Source: Prorocentrum cordatum (lineage: Eukaryota). Taken from it: DNA of 54,002 bases. Below, piece by piece: positions 11,801-23,660 of the stretch. Position numbers and translations under genes: made by a program. The first letter of the stretch is position 1; every line of letters begins with the position of its first letter. The stretch lies in the NCBI GenBank assembly GCA_963575745.1, contig CAUYUJ010000275.1:62001-116002 (forward strand). The letters run 5' to 3'. The notes beneath the pieces are model-generated. The model searched no databases. It worked only from the letters and a program-made list of their open reading frames with translations, and was not told the origin of the DNA.

Positions 11801-12336
11801 CCCGCAGTGGGCACGGTCAAGCTGCTGCAGTAAGGAACTCCAGATGTCGCCGCGCCGTTTGACGCCGCCACCACGGCAAACCCACGGCAAGTCCTGCGTC
11901 CCGCGCCCAAGCAAACGAAACTGACACCGCGGCGAACGAACGGCAAACCCACCGCGTCCGAGGCGGCGTTAGCCCTGGTGGCCGCGGGGCCCTCCCCTAG
12001 ACGCCAGGCCGTGCGTCGGAACAAACGGCGCGGCGACAAATGAGGAACGACACCCTTTTTGGCACCAAACGAGCCTGGGTGCACGACAAGAGCTGGAGGA
12101 ACAAGCACGCAACAAAAACGAGCCGCTTCCGAACGCAAAACGGTCATTCATTTCAGCGCCTTGACTGTACGGAAAAAGTGGGTACGATGCCCAACAGCAC
12201 GTGTTGCCCAAAACCGGCCGCGGCCGCTGTTTTGCATGCGCACTTGTGTCTCAAACGGGGAGCGCCCGCGGCGACACGGACAGCGAACTGCTGTTGGTCT
12301 TCGCCCCCATGCTTTATGTACTCCGGATGGCGTAAT

Positions 12337-13133
12337 CCGCTGACCCCCGCTTGCCGGGGGTGAGAAGGCGTGTGAGACATTTGGCTGTCCCCCTCCCCCT
12401 TCCCCCCTCCCCTGGGGTCCAAAATGCTATTCTAGGGGAGGGGGAGGGCGAGCTAGTCAACGCACCCCTGGGGCATCTGGAGCCCCCATGAAGCCCCAAG
12501 GCAGCCCAACAGGGCCCAGACAGAGCGCCAGGACCGTCGAAGAGAACGTCATGACGGCCCAGGGCAGCCCCTGGAAGATCCAAGATGGCTTCAAGATGGC
12601 CCACGAGGCCCCCAAGGCATCGCCGAGAGGACCCCAAGAGGCCCAAATCATCCCATTCCATTTGGGAAAAAAACATGTTTAGCATATTCGCACTTTACGT
12701 CTTGACAGCGAACACGATGGCCCAAGTGGCTCCCCAAATCGTCCGAATATGGCACGTGATGCCCCCAAGAAGGCCCTAAGACGGCCTAATAGGGCCCAAA
12801 GACAGCTACAGGGGCCCCCCAAGAGGGCTCCAAGAAAACCCAAGAGGGGGAATACGCGCCGACGAGCCTTTCCCACCGAGATGGCCCCTCGATCCCCCCA
12901 GAGGCCCCCGAGGGCCCTCCAAGAGGCCCCAAGAGGCTTCCCAGACGCCCCCCAAGAAGCCCCCCAGAGGCCCCCATGAGGCCCCCCCAAGATATTCCAA
13001 GAGGCCACAGGGAGGCATCAGAGGAGACCGTCAGATTCATCCAGGAGGCTCCGGCTCCAGGATTTGACTTCCGCGATCGTCTGACACACTCACTCCTTGT
13101 GGAGGTCGGCGGAATGGCGCAAGCCACTTGAAT
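12337..13133 (+). mobile_element. Non-autonomous Helitron2/Helentron-like element (copy C), CCAAG-rich body
   Basis: 5' CCGCTGACCCCCGC vs 3' GTGGAGGTCGGCGG (13099-13112), 11/14 inverted; hairpin TGGC-GCAA-GCCA (13115-13126), then CTTGAAT. Confidence 0.55.
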
Positions 13134-14415
13134 CCGCCCGCCCACCGGGCTGATGGGCGTGTGGGATTCAAATATGAGAGCTCCTGGCAATGCTTTCGTC
13201 CCCCCCCTAACCCTCCCCGGAAGCGTGCGCCGTTCCGCCGCCGGGCTGCGCCCAGGCCCCTTGTCAGTCCCCAAGACGCCTCCGAGACGGCTTCCAAGAC
13301 GAGCTCGCTTTTCAGATCGTTCTGAAGACGCCTCCGGGGCGCTTTGTGGCTCTATTTCGGCCCCGTCGGGGTCCCTGCTTGGCCTCCAGAATCCGCTCCC
13401 GGGGCCCTCGAGAGCGCCTTTGTGGCTCGCCCTCGTCGAAAAGCTGGCATGTCAAAAAGTATCGCAAATACTACGTCTGGTTGTTTCACGACTTGCGCTT
13501 CCCCGGGGGTAGCCTGGACGCTTCGTACAACTGCCTTCCCGGCTCGTCTGGGATATTTTTCATCTTTCAAATTTGGACGCTGTTTTTGGGCGCACTCCGG
13601 GGTCCACTTGAGAAGATTCGGGGGCCCACTTGGGCCCCAAAACGAACCCAAAACAGCCTAGAACAGGACCGGTTTTAACCGGAAGACGGACGTGACGGGC
13701 AAAGAGGCCGCCACGAAGGCCCCAAGACGACCCAAGTGGGCCCCCAAACAGCCCAAGAGGGCCCCAAGACGGCCCAAGAGGGCTCAAAGATCGCCCCAAG
13801 TCGGCCCAAGAGGCCGCCAAAAAGGCCCCAACATTGCCCAAGAGGGTCCCAAGGCGGCCCAAGAGGCCCCTGGGACGGCCCAAGAGGGGCCCAACAGGAG
13901 GAGCCCGAACAAACTTTTCGAGCCCTCCGTCCCAAGAGGCCCCACAGGAGGCCCCAAGAGCCCAAAGCAACCCCAAGAGGAAGCCCGAAGACGCCCCCGA
14001 CAGGCCCAGAAGAGGTCCAGATGGGTCCCTGCTTGGCTCCTTTTAGGCAGCGTTCGGGCCGTTTCTGGTTGATCTTGGGCAGTGTTCGGGCTATTTCTGG
14101 CCTCCTGCTGTGGATGATAAACGAGGGCCCCAAGAGCCCACGTCCACATCACTGATCCGTTGGTACTGACGACGGGACGGCGACCAAACGGCAAATCTAC
14201 GATCGATCAGCCACGCGGCATGCCTGAGCCTGACGGGCTCTGGGTTTTTTTGGAACGAAAATGGAGCGCAGGCAAAAAACAACTAACCACACCTGCAAAG
14301 GGGTCTTGTCTAATTTTCTGCATGTGCTCATGCCGTACAATAACTAGTGGAGCCGTCTTCGTCTCGTCCGGCGAGAACTGGAGTGGGCGGGCGGTGAACG
14401 CGAAGCGTCTTGAAT
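13134..14415 (+). mobile_element. Non-autonomous Helitron2/Helentron-like element (copy D)
   Basis: 5' CCGCCCGCCCAC is the exact reverse complement of GTGGGCGGGCGG (14383-14394); hairpin ACGC-GAA-GCGT (14398-14408), then CTTGAAT. CCAAG-rich block at ~13715-14030. Confidence 0.62.
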
Positions 14416-15496
14416 TCGCCAGCCCAACGGGCCAAGGGCGTGCTAAGATCTCGGGTAACTGGTCAACAATATTCTAGTTCGCGCGCGCGGGGCCGCCCCT
14501 GGGGGTCCCCCGACGAAAAGTACCCCGGGACACCCTCGGGACACCCCCGCGACACTCGGATCAGAGCTGCCAGACCGGGCAATTTTCCGACACCCCTCAC
14601 GAGAATCGTGGCCTCCGAGGGGAGGGGCGCAATCGACTAACCCCCCCTCCTGACCCAAGAGGTCCCCAAGACTGCCCAAGAGGCCCCGAGACGCCCAAAG
14701 AGCGCTCCAAGACGCCGATGATGACCCCAAGACGGCCCAAGACTCACAAGAGGGCCCGAGAGGCCAACATCATCAATTTTACGATGGTTTTGGAAGGATG
14801 TTGGCCTTGTCGCTTTTTCGGCCATCCGATGCTCCAAGACGGCCCAAGAGGCCCCCAAGAGCGCCCCAAGACGAGCCAAGAGGCTTCCAAGAGGGCCCCA
14901 AGAGGGCCCAAGAGGGCCCCGAGACGGTCCAAGAGGCGCCCAAGACGGCCCAAGACGGCCCCAAGACGGCCCCAAGAGGGGACCACGAATGGAAAACTCA
15001 AGCCTTCCGCCCCAAGAGGGCCCCAGGAGGAGGCCCTGAGAGGCCCCCAAGAGGCCCCCAAGAGGCCCCAAGATGCCGCCAAGAGGCCCCAAGAGGCCCC
15101 AGGAGGCCCCCAGGACGCCAAAAAGAGGGCCCAAGAGTCCCAAAAGTTCAAAAATGCCTCCCAGGCGCCCCCGAATGGCTTCTCAAAAGACCCCAAGAGG
15201 CCTCCCAAAGAAGCATCTTGACGACGACCCTGTTTGGCCCCAAGAGCAACACAAGATGCCAACGAGAGGCTTCCAGCTCCGCCCCTTCCCCTTCCTCCTC
15301 CTCCTCCTCCTCCTCCTCCTCCTCCTCCTACTTATCTTCATCCTCTTCCTCTCCTTCTCATCCTCTCCTCCTCCTCCCCTCCCCTTCCACATCCTCATCT
15401 TCCTCCTCCTCGGCGGCGCTACAATGGCCCCGGGCCCACGGCGAAGCAGTAGCGATCATGCAACATGGGCCGGCGGAGTGAGCGAAGCGATTGAAT
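14416..15496 (+). mobile_element. Non-autonomous Helitron2/Helentron-like element (copy E)
   Basis: 5' TCGCCAGCCCA vs 3' TGGGCCGGCGG (15466-15476), 9/11 inverted; GC-GAA-GC (15482-15488), then GATTGAAT. CCAAG-rich block at ~14650-15210. Confidence 0.55.
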
Positions 15497-16213
15497 AATC
15501 CCTCTCCCCCTTGGATTGGGGGGGGGGGATGGGCGCGTGCCTCCGGGAGGGGTTTTGGGGGGGATGGCACTTTTGAGGCTCAAGCTTCTAACCCACGGGG
15601 GGGTGGCCGAATGGCGTCGGCAGTTTCCGAGGGGAATGGAGGATAGGGGTGGCGCGAGGTTGCCTTGCGGGGGTGGCTGCAGGGATGGCGCTGCCATCCC
15701 CCCGATTACTATGCCATCCAGAGTGCCCAGGCCCCCGACATCATCATGTTTGATAAGGTGGGACCCCCAGAGCCCAGAGGTCTCGACCTATCCCCCGGGA
15801 CCGCTTGTCCATCCTGCCTCGCCTTGCGACGGCCCCGAGGCTTGGCAAGGCCAAAAGAGGCCAAAACCAACGACAAACCTCCCGTTGTGTTGCTTCATGG
15901 CTCGAGTTGCTCGAGGGGGTCTGAACACCCATCTCGATCGCACCGACCGACGGCCCACGTCTTGCCCGCCCGCCTGCACGGCCGGCCCTCGGCCTGCCGC
16001 GTGCTGCCGCAGCAGCCGAGGCACAGGGCCAGCGAAGGCCTTCCGAGCTCTAGGGTCCGAGCCCAGACCCCCTCGCGCCGTGAAAGACGACGGACTTGTC
16101 GTTTGCCATTTTTCTAAGGGCCCTCGCCGGGACCCGGGGCTGTCTTCCTTTCGCAAGGTTGCCGCCTCGGCCCTGCCGGCCTCGCGGGTCTCTCCCGGCG
16201 GATCGGGGGAGAC

Positions 16214-16225
16214 TATATATATATG

Positions 16226-16259
<34 letters not shown>

Positions 16260-16284
16260 CATTTGTATATATATACATACACAT
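16214..16284. repeat. (TA)n-rich microsatellite
   Basis: TATATA/TACA run. Confidence 0.9.
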
Positions 16285-16519
16285 ACGAGACTGCAGTGGC
16301 GCTTGGCGCCATGCACCTTGGTCCGTGAAGATTGGTATACAAACGGAAATGGCAGGAAGGTCAAGCGGACAATTTGGCGGTAATTCCTTGCTGCCTTTTC
16401 TGGCATCGCCATTATAATAATGTTGTTCGTTATCCTTCCTCCATGCTTGCTGTTCCTCATTCTCGCCATACCTGGGCATTCTCCTCATCCTCCTCAGCTC
16501 TTTTTGCGGAGGCTCCTCC

Positions 16520-17060
16520 TTGGAGAGCCTCTGGGGGCCTCACCAAAGTTCTCAGGCTTTCTTAAAACCTTCTGGAGGCCTCCTGGACGTGTTCTGGGTG
16601 CCTCTGGGGCTTCCTAAGGTCAACCTGCCTCTAACCGCGGCCTCCCTGAACGCCCTGGTCACGATTTGGAATGCTTCGGAGGGCGTCTTGGGGCCATCTT
16701 GGGCCGCCATGGGGCTCTCTTAGGGCCATTTTGGACCCCTGATGAGCCGTTTTGGGGTTCTCTTGGACTGCCTGGAAACCCTTTCGGATGGTTGTGGGGC
16801 CATTTTGGAGCCTCCCAGGCGACTTCGGACGCCCAGAAGAACGCTGTCTTGGAGCGTCGGGAAGCCGAAAAGAGGAGAACCCCAAATTCACCAAACACCT
16901 ATATCAAATCAATTATTTTTCCCTCTTGGGCATTCTTGGGGGTGCTCTTGGAGGCCTCTTGGTATGTTTTGGAGCGATCTTTCGGGGTATGACGGCTTCT
17001 TGGAGCGCTCTTTTGTTGTCTTGGGGTTCTCTGTGATCGCCCGAGGTGTGCTGCGAAGGC
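16520..17060 (-). repeat. Diverged CCAAG-family repeat in reverse orientation
   Basis: TCTTGG/GGCC motifs, the reverse complement of the bodies at 5.7-7.0 and 12.5-15.2 kb. Confidence 0.75.
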
Positions 17061-17257
17061 TTGGCAAAACGCCCTGCGAGGCCCGGTGGGCCGCTTCGAG
17101 GCCCGTCCGAAGGGTCTCAAAGCCCCAGATCCCGGGAGTCCGTTTTTTTTTGGGGGGGGGGGGGGGGCTGGTTTTCCCCCCGCCCGGGCTTGCAAAAATA
17201 TAGGAAGAGGAATATACATATATAAATGTAGATCTGTATATGTACACGTCTTGCCCC

Positions 17258-17551
17258 CCCCCCCAGCACCCCCAAACGGCGGAGTGAGGAGGAGGAGGGA
17301 TGGTTCCCCCCTCAGCGTCCTTCTCTTCTTCCTCCTGCTCCTCCTCATCCTCATGGTTCCTCCTCCCCCTCATAGGGGGGCATCCTCTTCATCGTCATTA
17401 TCTTCCTGTCCCTGCTCCTCATCCTCCTCGTTCCTCCTCCCACTCCTCCTCCCCCTCCTCCTCCTCATCTTCCTCTTCCTCATCCTGCTCCTCCTCCTCC
17501 TCCTCCTTCTCCTCCTCCTCCTCACTCCGCCGTTTGGGGGTGCTGGGGGGG
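17258..17551. repeat. Perfect 41-bp inverted repeat enclosing a TCC-rich tract
   Basis: 17258-17298 (C7-AGCACCCCCAAACGGCGGAGTGAGGAGGAGGAGG) is the reverse complement of 17511-17551. Confidence 0.9.
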
Positions 17552-17649
17552 AGGAGGAAGAGGAGGAGGAGGAGGAGGAGGAGGAGGAGGAGGAGGAGGA
17601 GGAGGAGGAGGAGGAGGAGGAGGAGGAGGAGAGGGAGGAGGATTGCACC

Positions 17650-18365
17650 TTGAACCGAGAGCGCCACACACTGTGTATATTTGTTGTTTTAGATTTTGGG
17701 GTCTGAGGAGCAAGGAAACCCTATTTGTTTTGTCTGAGGAGCAAGGAAACACTGTGTATGCTTGTTGTTTGTATAAAAACAACAACAAACATGTTTTGTT
17801 CTGCAAGCCTCAATGCTCGCTGGGACCCCCGACGACTCCAGACCAAAATAACCAAACAGACACAGTGTTTCCTTGCACCGAGAGCGCCAAACACTGTGTA
17901 TGTTTTTTTTGTTTTCTTGGTCTGAACAGCAAGGAAACACTGTGTATGTTTTTTGGGGTTTGACAGCGCCAGTGCTTGCTGGGAGAGGGGCCCCTGCGAG
18001 CATTGGGGCTGTCAAAACCCCCCAACCCCCCAAACCAAACATACACAGTGTATCCTTGCTCCTCAGACCAGAAAGACCAAAACAACCAAACATACACAGT
18101 GCTTGGCGCTCCCGGAGCAAGGAAGCACTGTGTGTGTTTTGTTGATTGTTTTTTTGTGGGTTTTGCCAACGCCAGTGCTTGCTGGGAGAGAGCCCCCTGC
18201 GAGCATTGGGGCTGTCAAATCAAAAAACAAAGCAACAAACAAATATACATTGTGTTCCTTTGCTCGTTATACGAAGAAACCCGAACAACAAAAGCAACAC
18301 CAACAAACAACATACACAGTGTTTGGCGCCCTCGGTTCAAAGAGACACTGTGTATGTTTGTTTTT
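17650..18365. mobile_element. Foldback/MITE-like modular element
   Basis: TTGAACCGAGAGCGCCACACACTGTGTAT at 17650 is inverted against ATACACAGTGTTTGGCGCCCTCGGTTCAA ending at 18340. Internal GCAAGGAAACACTGTGTATG modules occur in both orientations, and a ~50-bp module is duplicated at ~17966 and ~18170. Confidence 0.65.
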
Positions 18366-18423
18366 GCTAAAGTTGCAAAGAGGGAGGAGAGGGAGGAGGA
18401 GGAGTTAACGGTCATTGGTTACG

Positions 18424-18522
18424 ATTCTGCTTCTGGTTCTGGTTTTGGTTCTTCTAGTTCTGGTTCTGATTCTGGTTTCGGTTGTTCTGGCGTGGATTCT
18501 GGTTGTGGTTCTGGTTCTGGTT
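18424..18522. repeat. (TTCTGG)n degenerate hexamer repeat
   Basis: Visible 6-bp periodicity. Confidence 0.85.
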
Positions 18523-20930
18523 CGTTTTGTGGTTTTGTTGGCTTTGGGGGTGCTGGGGGGGGCGACCATATATATACATATATATATACACACATATACA
18601 CTGCTTTTGAAATACCGTGGACCGCCGAAGGCTCAAAGCCCTCGGCCTGCGCGTCTGCACATGGGCCGTCAATGACGGCCCAGGATGAGAAGCCGGTCCC
18701 GGTGGATGTGTCGAGACCTCTGGGGGTCGATGCTGTGAAACAGTGCCGACGTCGGGGGTCTTGGAAGGGCCGTTGCGGGGCCGCCTTCAGCACAAGAGCG
18801 CGCAGGAAAAAGCTAGCTGGCCTGTGAAGCAAGACTGAGATGCGCACGCCAAGCCTCCAACGACGTGCGACAGCGGTAGGGTCCACGTCGTGGAACGCGG
18901 GTGTGGGGCATATCGGCGAAGTATGTCCGAAAAGGGAGCGTCCATCCCCGTCCCATTCTATGACTCGCCATCCCATGCCATGAACCAACAATAGCTGAGA
19001 TTAAATTGGCTCGCCAACATGCGCATTTTGAGTGATACGCGCTCGAAACATGTGTTGGCACTACAAGCTCCAATGCGATTTACCCCGAATGAGGTCTGAT
19101 GTCAGTCGGATCTGGGTTTGAAGCAGTTGGCAGCCATCCCAGCAGACCCTATCGAACGTCGTGCCCTTGGAGTAAATGTTAACAACGAACACCAGCTGGT
19201 CACAGTCGGCTGGAATCTGGTCTAAGCTGACGGTGATCACCTCGCAAGGTGCTGGCTCCGCAGAGTGAACCAGACGCCGCCATCAACACGTAGCACATTG
19301 TCTCATGCCGCTTCGAATGTTTGGGTACTTCTCGCTTATCTCTGGGGGTAAATTCGCCCCCATCCAAGCATGCTGCTTGGAATCGGCCCGGGGTCTGAAG
19401 CGGGTGGACCTCGAGAAAACCCTTCAAGAAGGGGGGATAAGGGCAACTCCGCTCAAACTCGATCCTCAGATGGACCCCTCTCGTGCAGTGTTTCTTCCAC
19501 CATCCGTTTTTGACACGGCCCCTGGGCCCGTACGGCTCCTGGAGGCCGACAGAATAAAAACCTTCTCGACTCGAAAACCTCGAACCTCGCCACCCCCTTC
19601 CTGCTCGCCGGAACTCATGCTGGGCCACCTCAGGTCCCCAACCGACTCCCGCATGCTGCGGATGTCTGCCGCCCCCGACTCACCCGTGACGTTGGAACAG
19701 CGCCGTTCCGGGTCCGTGGACGAAAACCAGAACCACGGGCGCAGGGCAACAGAGCGTGGGAAATCAGCGCGACGGCCATGGACGCCTATGGCCCCCAACC
19801 ACATGAACGCGTACGCTTTTCTATCTCATGACTCGGTCAGGCTGGCGGCGGTGGCACACGTTCTTCCCATAAGAGCGGCAGGGGAGAGCGCGTCAGGGCG
19901 GCACCCCGCCAATGCTTGTTCGAGCCTCGATCAAAATCTAATCCGGGGCACTACCCTGACCAGCTTTTCGAACTGCGTCTGGCTGACGCGGTGAGGCCCT
20001 CCCCCCCGAAGGCTTGATCGGCAAGATCAATTTACACAACGCCATTCTCAAGGACTCGCTCCCCTCGTTTTCGCCCAGGTTGGAGCCCCCAAAATGGCCA
20101 GCGCCTCTACCCATCAAACTCACGAGTCAGAAAATATATGCTTCCCTTTGGACATGGGTGATTTGCGATCAAAGCTGCAAAACGACGTGGCAGAAGTAAG
20201 ACCCGGCGCGAAGCGAACGCGAACAAACTAACTGTCGCTCTCGCCTCAGCGCTGCGCAGACCTGCCCAGGCTGCGAGCGAGCGACATGGCACCTTCACTC
20301 AACAAGGCTGCGTAGGTTTCTCAGGAGAGGTTGCGCCTCCGCTTGGGTGCGGCGCGTGCTTGTCGCTCGCCAGGTCGTCTGGAACGGGGCCTGGCGCAAG
20401 CGAAATGGATCCTGAACAGTGCGCCCCCGCTGTGGCGCGGCGCCTCCTGCCGCTCGCCAAATCGCCTGTAAGCGTGGCCGCGCGAACGAGGAGGAGGAAC
20501 AGAGGAGAAGGAGGAGGAGGAGGAGGAGGAAGAAGACCACTGTAAAACCAACGTGTGTCAATGATGTTGCAATAATCAATCCTTCCACATTCCCTCTTCA
20601 TAGGTGAGTCATAGGCCCAAACAAAATATTCGAATTTCGGGAAGTGGCCCATTAAAGGACGGTCGTCTGAAAATCCTCAGCGGTGCCAGTCAACCCTTCC
20701 TGCGACTTCAAGTGTCAACGTGAGTGTTACGTTTAGGAAATTCTAAAACGTGCCAGAACGCCGTTCTTGGGAAGTGGGCCGCGCGACTCAATGTGATTGT
20801 TGCGGCCTGACAGTCCTAATCTTTGCCAGAGCACAATTCCTGGGACTTTGGCTATACGAATCCTTGAAGCTGTTGCAACTCATTACAACGAATGCGCGCG
20901 GTGCTAAGGCTGGAACCACATATATTAAAA

Positions 20931-21145
20931 GAAAAACGCACCCGCCCTCCATCCGCGAAGCGCTTGCAAACTTTCAAAACGAATGCGCGCGGCTCCAAGG
21001 CGAGAGCTGCACGTGGAAAACCACCCTCCGTCCATCCGTGAAGTTCCTGCAAACGTTTTAAGCAAATGTGCGCCGCGCGAATGACAGCCACTTTTTGGAA
21101 AACACGGCCCCCCTTCAGCGAAGCTCTTTGCACATTTCAAGCTTC
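20931..21145. repeat. Degenerate ~83-bp tandem repeat, about 3 copies
   Basis: gaaaa...ccc...cg.gaag....tgca recurs at ~20931, 21016 and 21097. Confidence 0.55.
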
Positions 21146-22129
21146 AGGATCACAAACTCAGGGGGCTTCTCAAACGAAGCGCCCAGCCCGCCCACCGACG
21201 CGCCTGGGCGTGCGACGTGGGGAAGTTACTGGCACGTGGGCGGACTAGAAGTAAAGGCGTATGGTAAGACATCTGTTTTACGATGAGCTGAAGAACGCGG
21301 CTGGAATTCAAAACGGGAAGAACAAGGGAACGGAAACTTTGCCAGCTTTCATACCCCCGAGCAACACGGCAGCGGTGAGGGAGACGATTACAAGAGCAAC
21401 ATCCAGTACAATACAAGAACGTTCTGTCTGTGACCGAAGCGCTGCGTCACATGACATCGCCTTTTCTGCCTTTAAAGCAGAGCCCACAAGACAACGACCT
21501 ACCGTTGGAGTCTGGTGTTCGAAAGAATGCGTTCGGTGCGAATGCGAAAACCGCACCCACAGCAACGAAGCAAACATAAGCTCAGATGAAAGGGCGCTGT
21601 ACGAACCGCGCCCCTCATAAACAGTTGCGCGAACGAGGGGATCTGATCACAGAGGGCCTTCTATTGACCAGGTCCTGACTGACAAATTGCCCAGCAGCAG
21701 GATTATCGATGGAGCACGCAATTGTTCACTCGCACGCTCTGCTGTCCGAAACATGCTACCCCGCGAACGCAGCTCGTGGAAGCAACCCGCTCGCTGGCAT
21801 GCTTCTCTCTTCGCATTTCTCTCTTGCTTTATGTATTTATTTGTGTTGTTCCTCTCTCTCTCTCGGTGTGTATATATATATATATGTGTGTATGCGTATA
21901 TGTGTAGATATCGCTCTCTCTCTCTCTCTCTCTCGCTCACTCTCTCCCTCTCTCTTCCGCATGGACTGCGCGGTCGTGGCATTCGCGAACAGCGTCCCGA
22001 CATGCGACGCCGATGGGGTTATCCAGTAGCGTCGTCGTCATCCTTGTTGAGGTTGCTGCGGCGGGAGCTCGGCGCCGTCTTCTCGCGCCGCCCTTCGCCC
22101 AACCTCACCGCGGGGCTTTCGCAGGCGAG

Positions 22130-23660
22130 CTTCTCCTCCATAGTGTCGAGGGCGAGCTCCTGGCCGACACTTCCCGGCGTCATAGGGTCGGCCCTCGTGT
22201 CGCGGGCGTCGCGCCACAGCGTGTCGGGTGCCAGTCTGGCGCGCAGCTGGTCTGCTGGCCGCCGCGAGCGGCCTGCCGCGCTCTTCTCTTATGGCGGCCG
22301 CGCGTGGTCCACGGCCAGGGCTGTTATGACGGGCGCGCCGTCCTCGACTGGGTCGGCGAGTGCAGAATTACCCCCCTCCTCCCCCAGCCCCCTGATTGCA
22401 TCTGCCGAAGCGGGCCCGCGCCTGCAGGCCGCCCGCTGCCCCGCGTGCCGCGAGCAGCTCAGGGCCGAAGGAAGATCGACGCACAGGCCAGTGCGTTCGG
22501 CTCACGGCGTCGAGCAAGTGACAGATGTGTTTACCAGCGCTGCGAAATTTGCCTGGGCGCATGTATGCGCCTCCACGCATGCTGCGCCCCGTCTCCTCCC
22601 CGCGCGTGAACGAGCCGTCGCTGAGCGCGCCGATCTGGTCCACGCTCGCCATCGCCGGGAAGGCCGCGCACGGATTGATCTTCTGCGCGGCCAGAACGAC
22701 GGAGTTGAGCTGCATCGCGCGTCTGACGAGCAGCTTGTTCAAGGCCCACTGCAGCGCGACGGCGCGGACGGCGACGCGGCGTTGCGCGAGCAGCGCGTGG
22801 GCAGCTGCTCCGAGGAGGGAGACGAAGCGATCCGGGAGTGGACCTGCGGCCGTCTCGTCGGCCTCCGACTGGGCCAGGTCGACGTGCCTGATGGGGATCA
22901 GCGGGTCGATGCGCTCGCCCTGGTCGAGTGTCACAATAACATCAGCACTGCGGGGCTGGCGGGCCCCGCAAATGGCGCAGCCGTCGCAGTCCGTCTTTCA
23001 TCTTGCCGACGACGCTCCCGATGTGGCTGACGAGTCGGTCGACGTGCTCCACGCGCCCTGCTTGAGATCGTCGACGTGCTTGGGCAGCGCGGGCGCAAAC
23101 TCTGAGCCGCCGGCGCCGCGGGCGCCGGGCGCCTCATGTTTGACCTGGAGCTCACGGCCCCATCGCGTCGGCTCTGCGTTGCGCTCGGGCGAGCGCGCGG
23201 GCAGTCGGTTCGCTCGTCGACGCACTCGCGGCCTGGAACCTGCCGGGGGCATAGCGGCACTGCCGGGCGGCAGGGCGAAGTCCACCCGCGCGGCGATTCG
23301 CCGTGTCCCTGCGTCGCGGCAGAGTTCGCGCCCCGCAGGAGAGCCTTCTCGACGCCCACGGCGACGCAACCCAGTCCGGGCGAAAAACCGCCTCCGTCGA
23401 CAAGATGCGCTGGGGCGCTAGTTTCGCCACGACGGCGCACGTCTCCGGGGCCCTGGCGCCTGCGTCGCGGAAGCCTCTCAGCGGCGCGCGGCGCGGGGTG
23501 GCCCCGGCCGCTGTGCTCGCAGGCCCCATGCGGCGCATCAGCTTGGACGCGCGCCTGGGGCCTGCGACGTTCCGGGCGCCTCTGACAGGGCGTCGCACGA
23601 AACGCTCGCCTTTTACCCAGATTGTGAGCTCCTCGAGGATGGCGGCGGCCACCTCCTTGG
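22130..23660 (-). pseudogene. Copia reverse transcriptase + RNase H, disrupted
   Basis: HVDD catalytic motif; TLDQ..IDPLIPI; FVSLLGAA; LSDGSF; CHLLD.VSR; ELLAA; DARDTRADPMT. Confidence 0.85.

Noticed and set aside
15567..15584. Spliced-leader relic GCACTTTTGAGGCTCAAG
   Set aside because: Needs indels to align, and no coding-like sequence follows.
16739..16780. Hammerhead ribozyme (CTGATGAG...GAAAC)
   Set aside because: I could not form stems I-III around the core, and it lies inside a CCAAG-family repeat.
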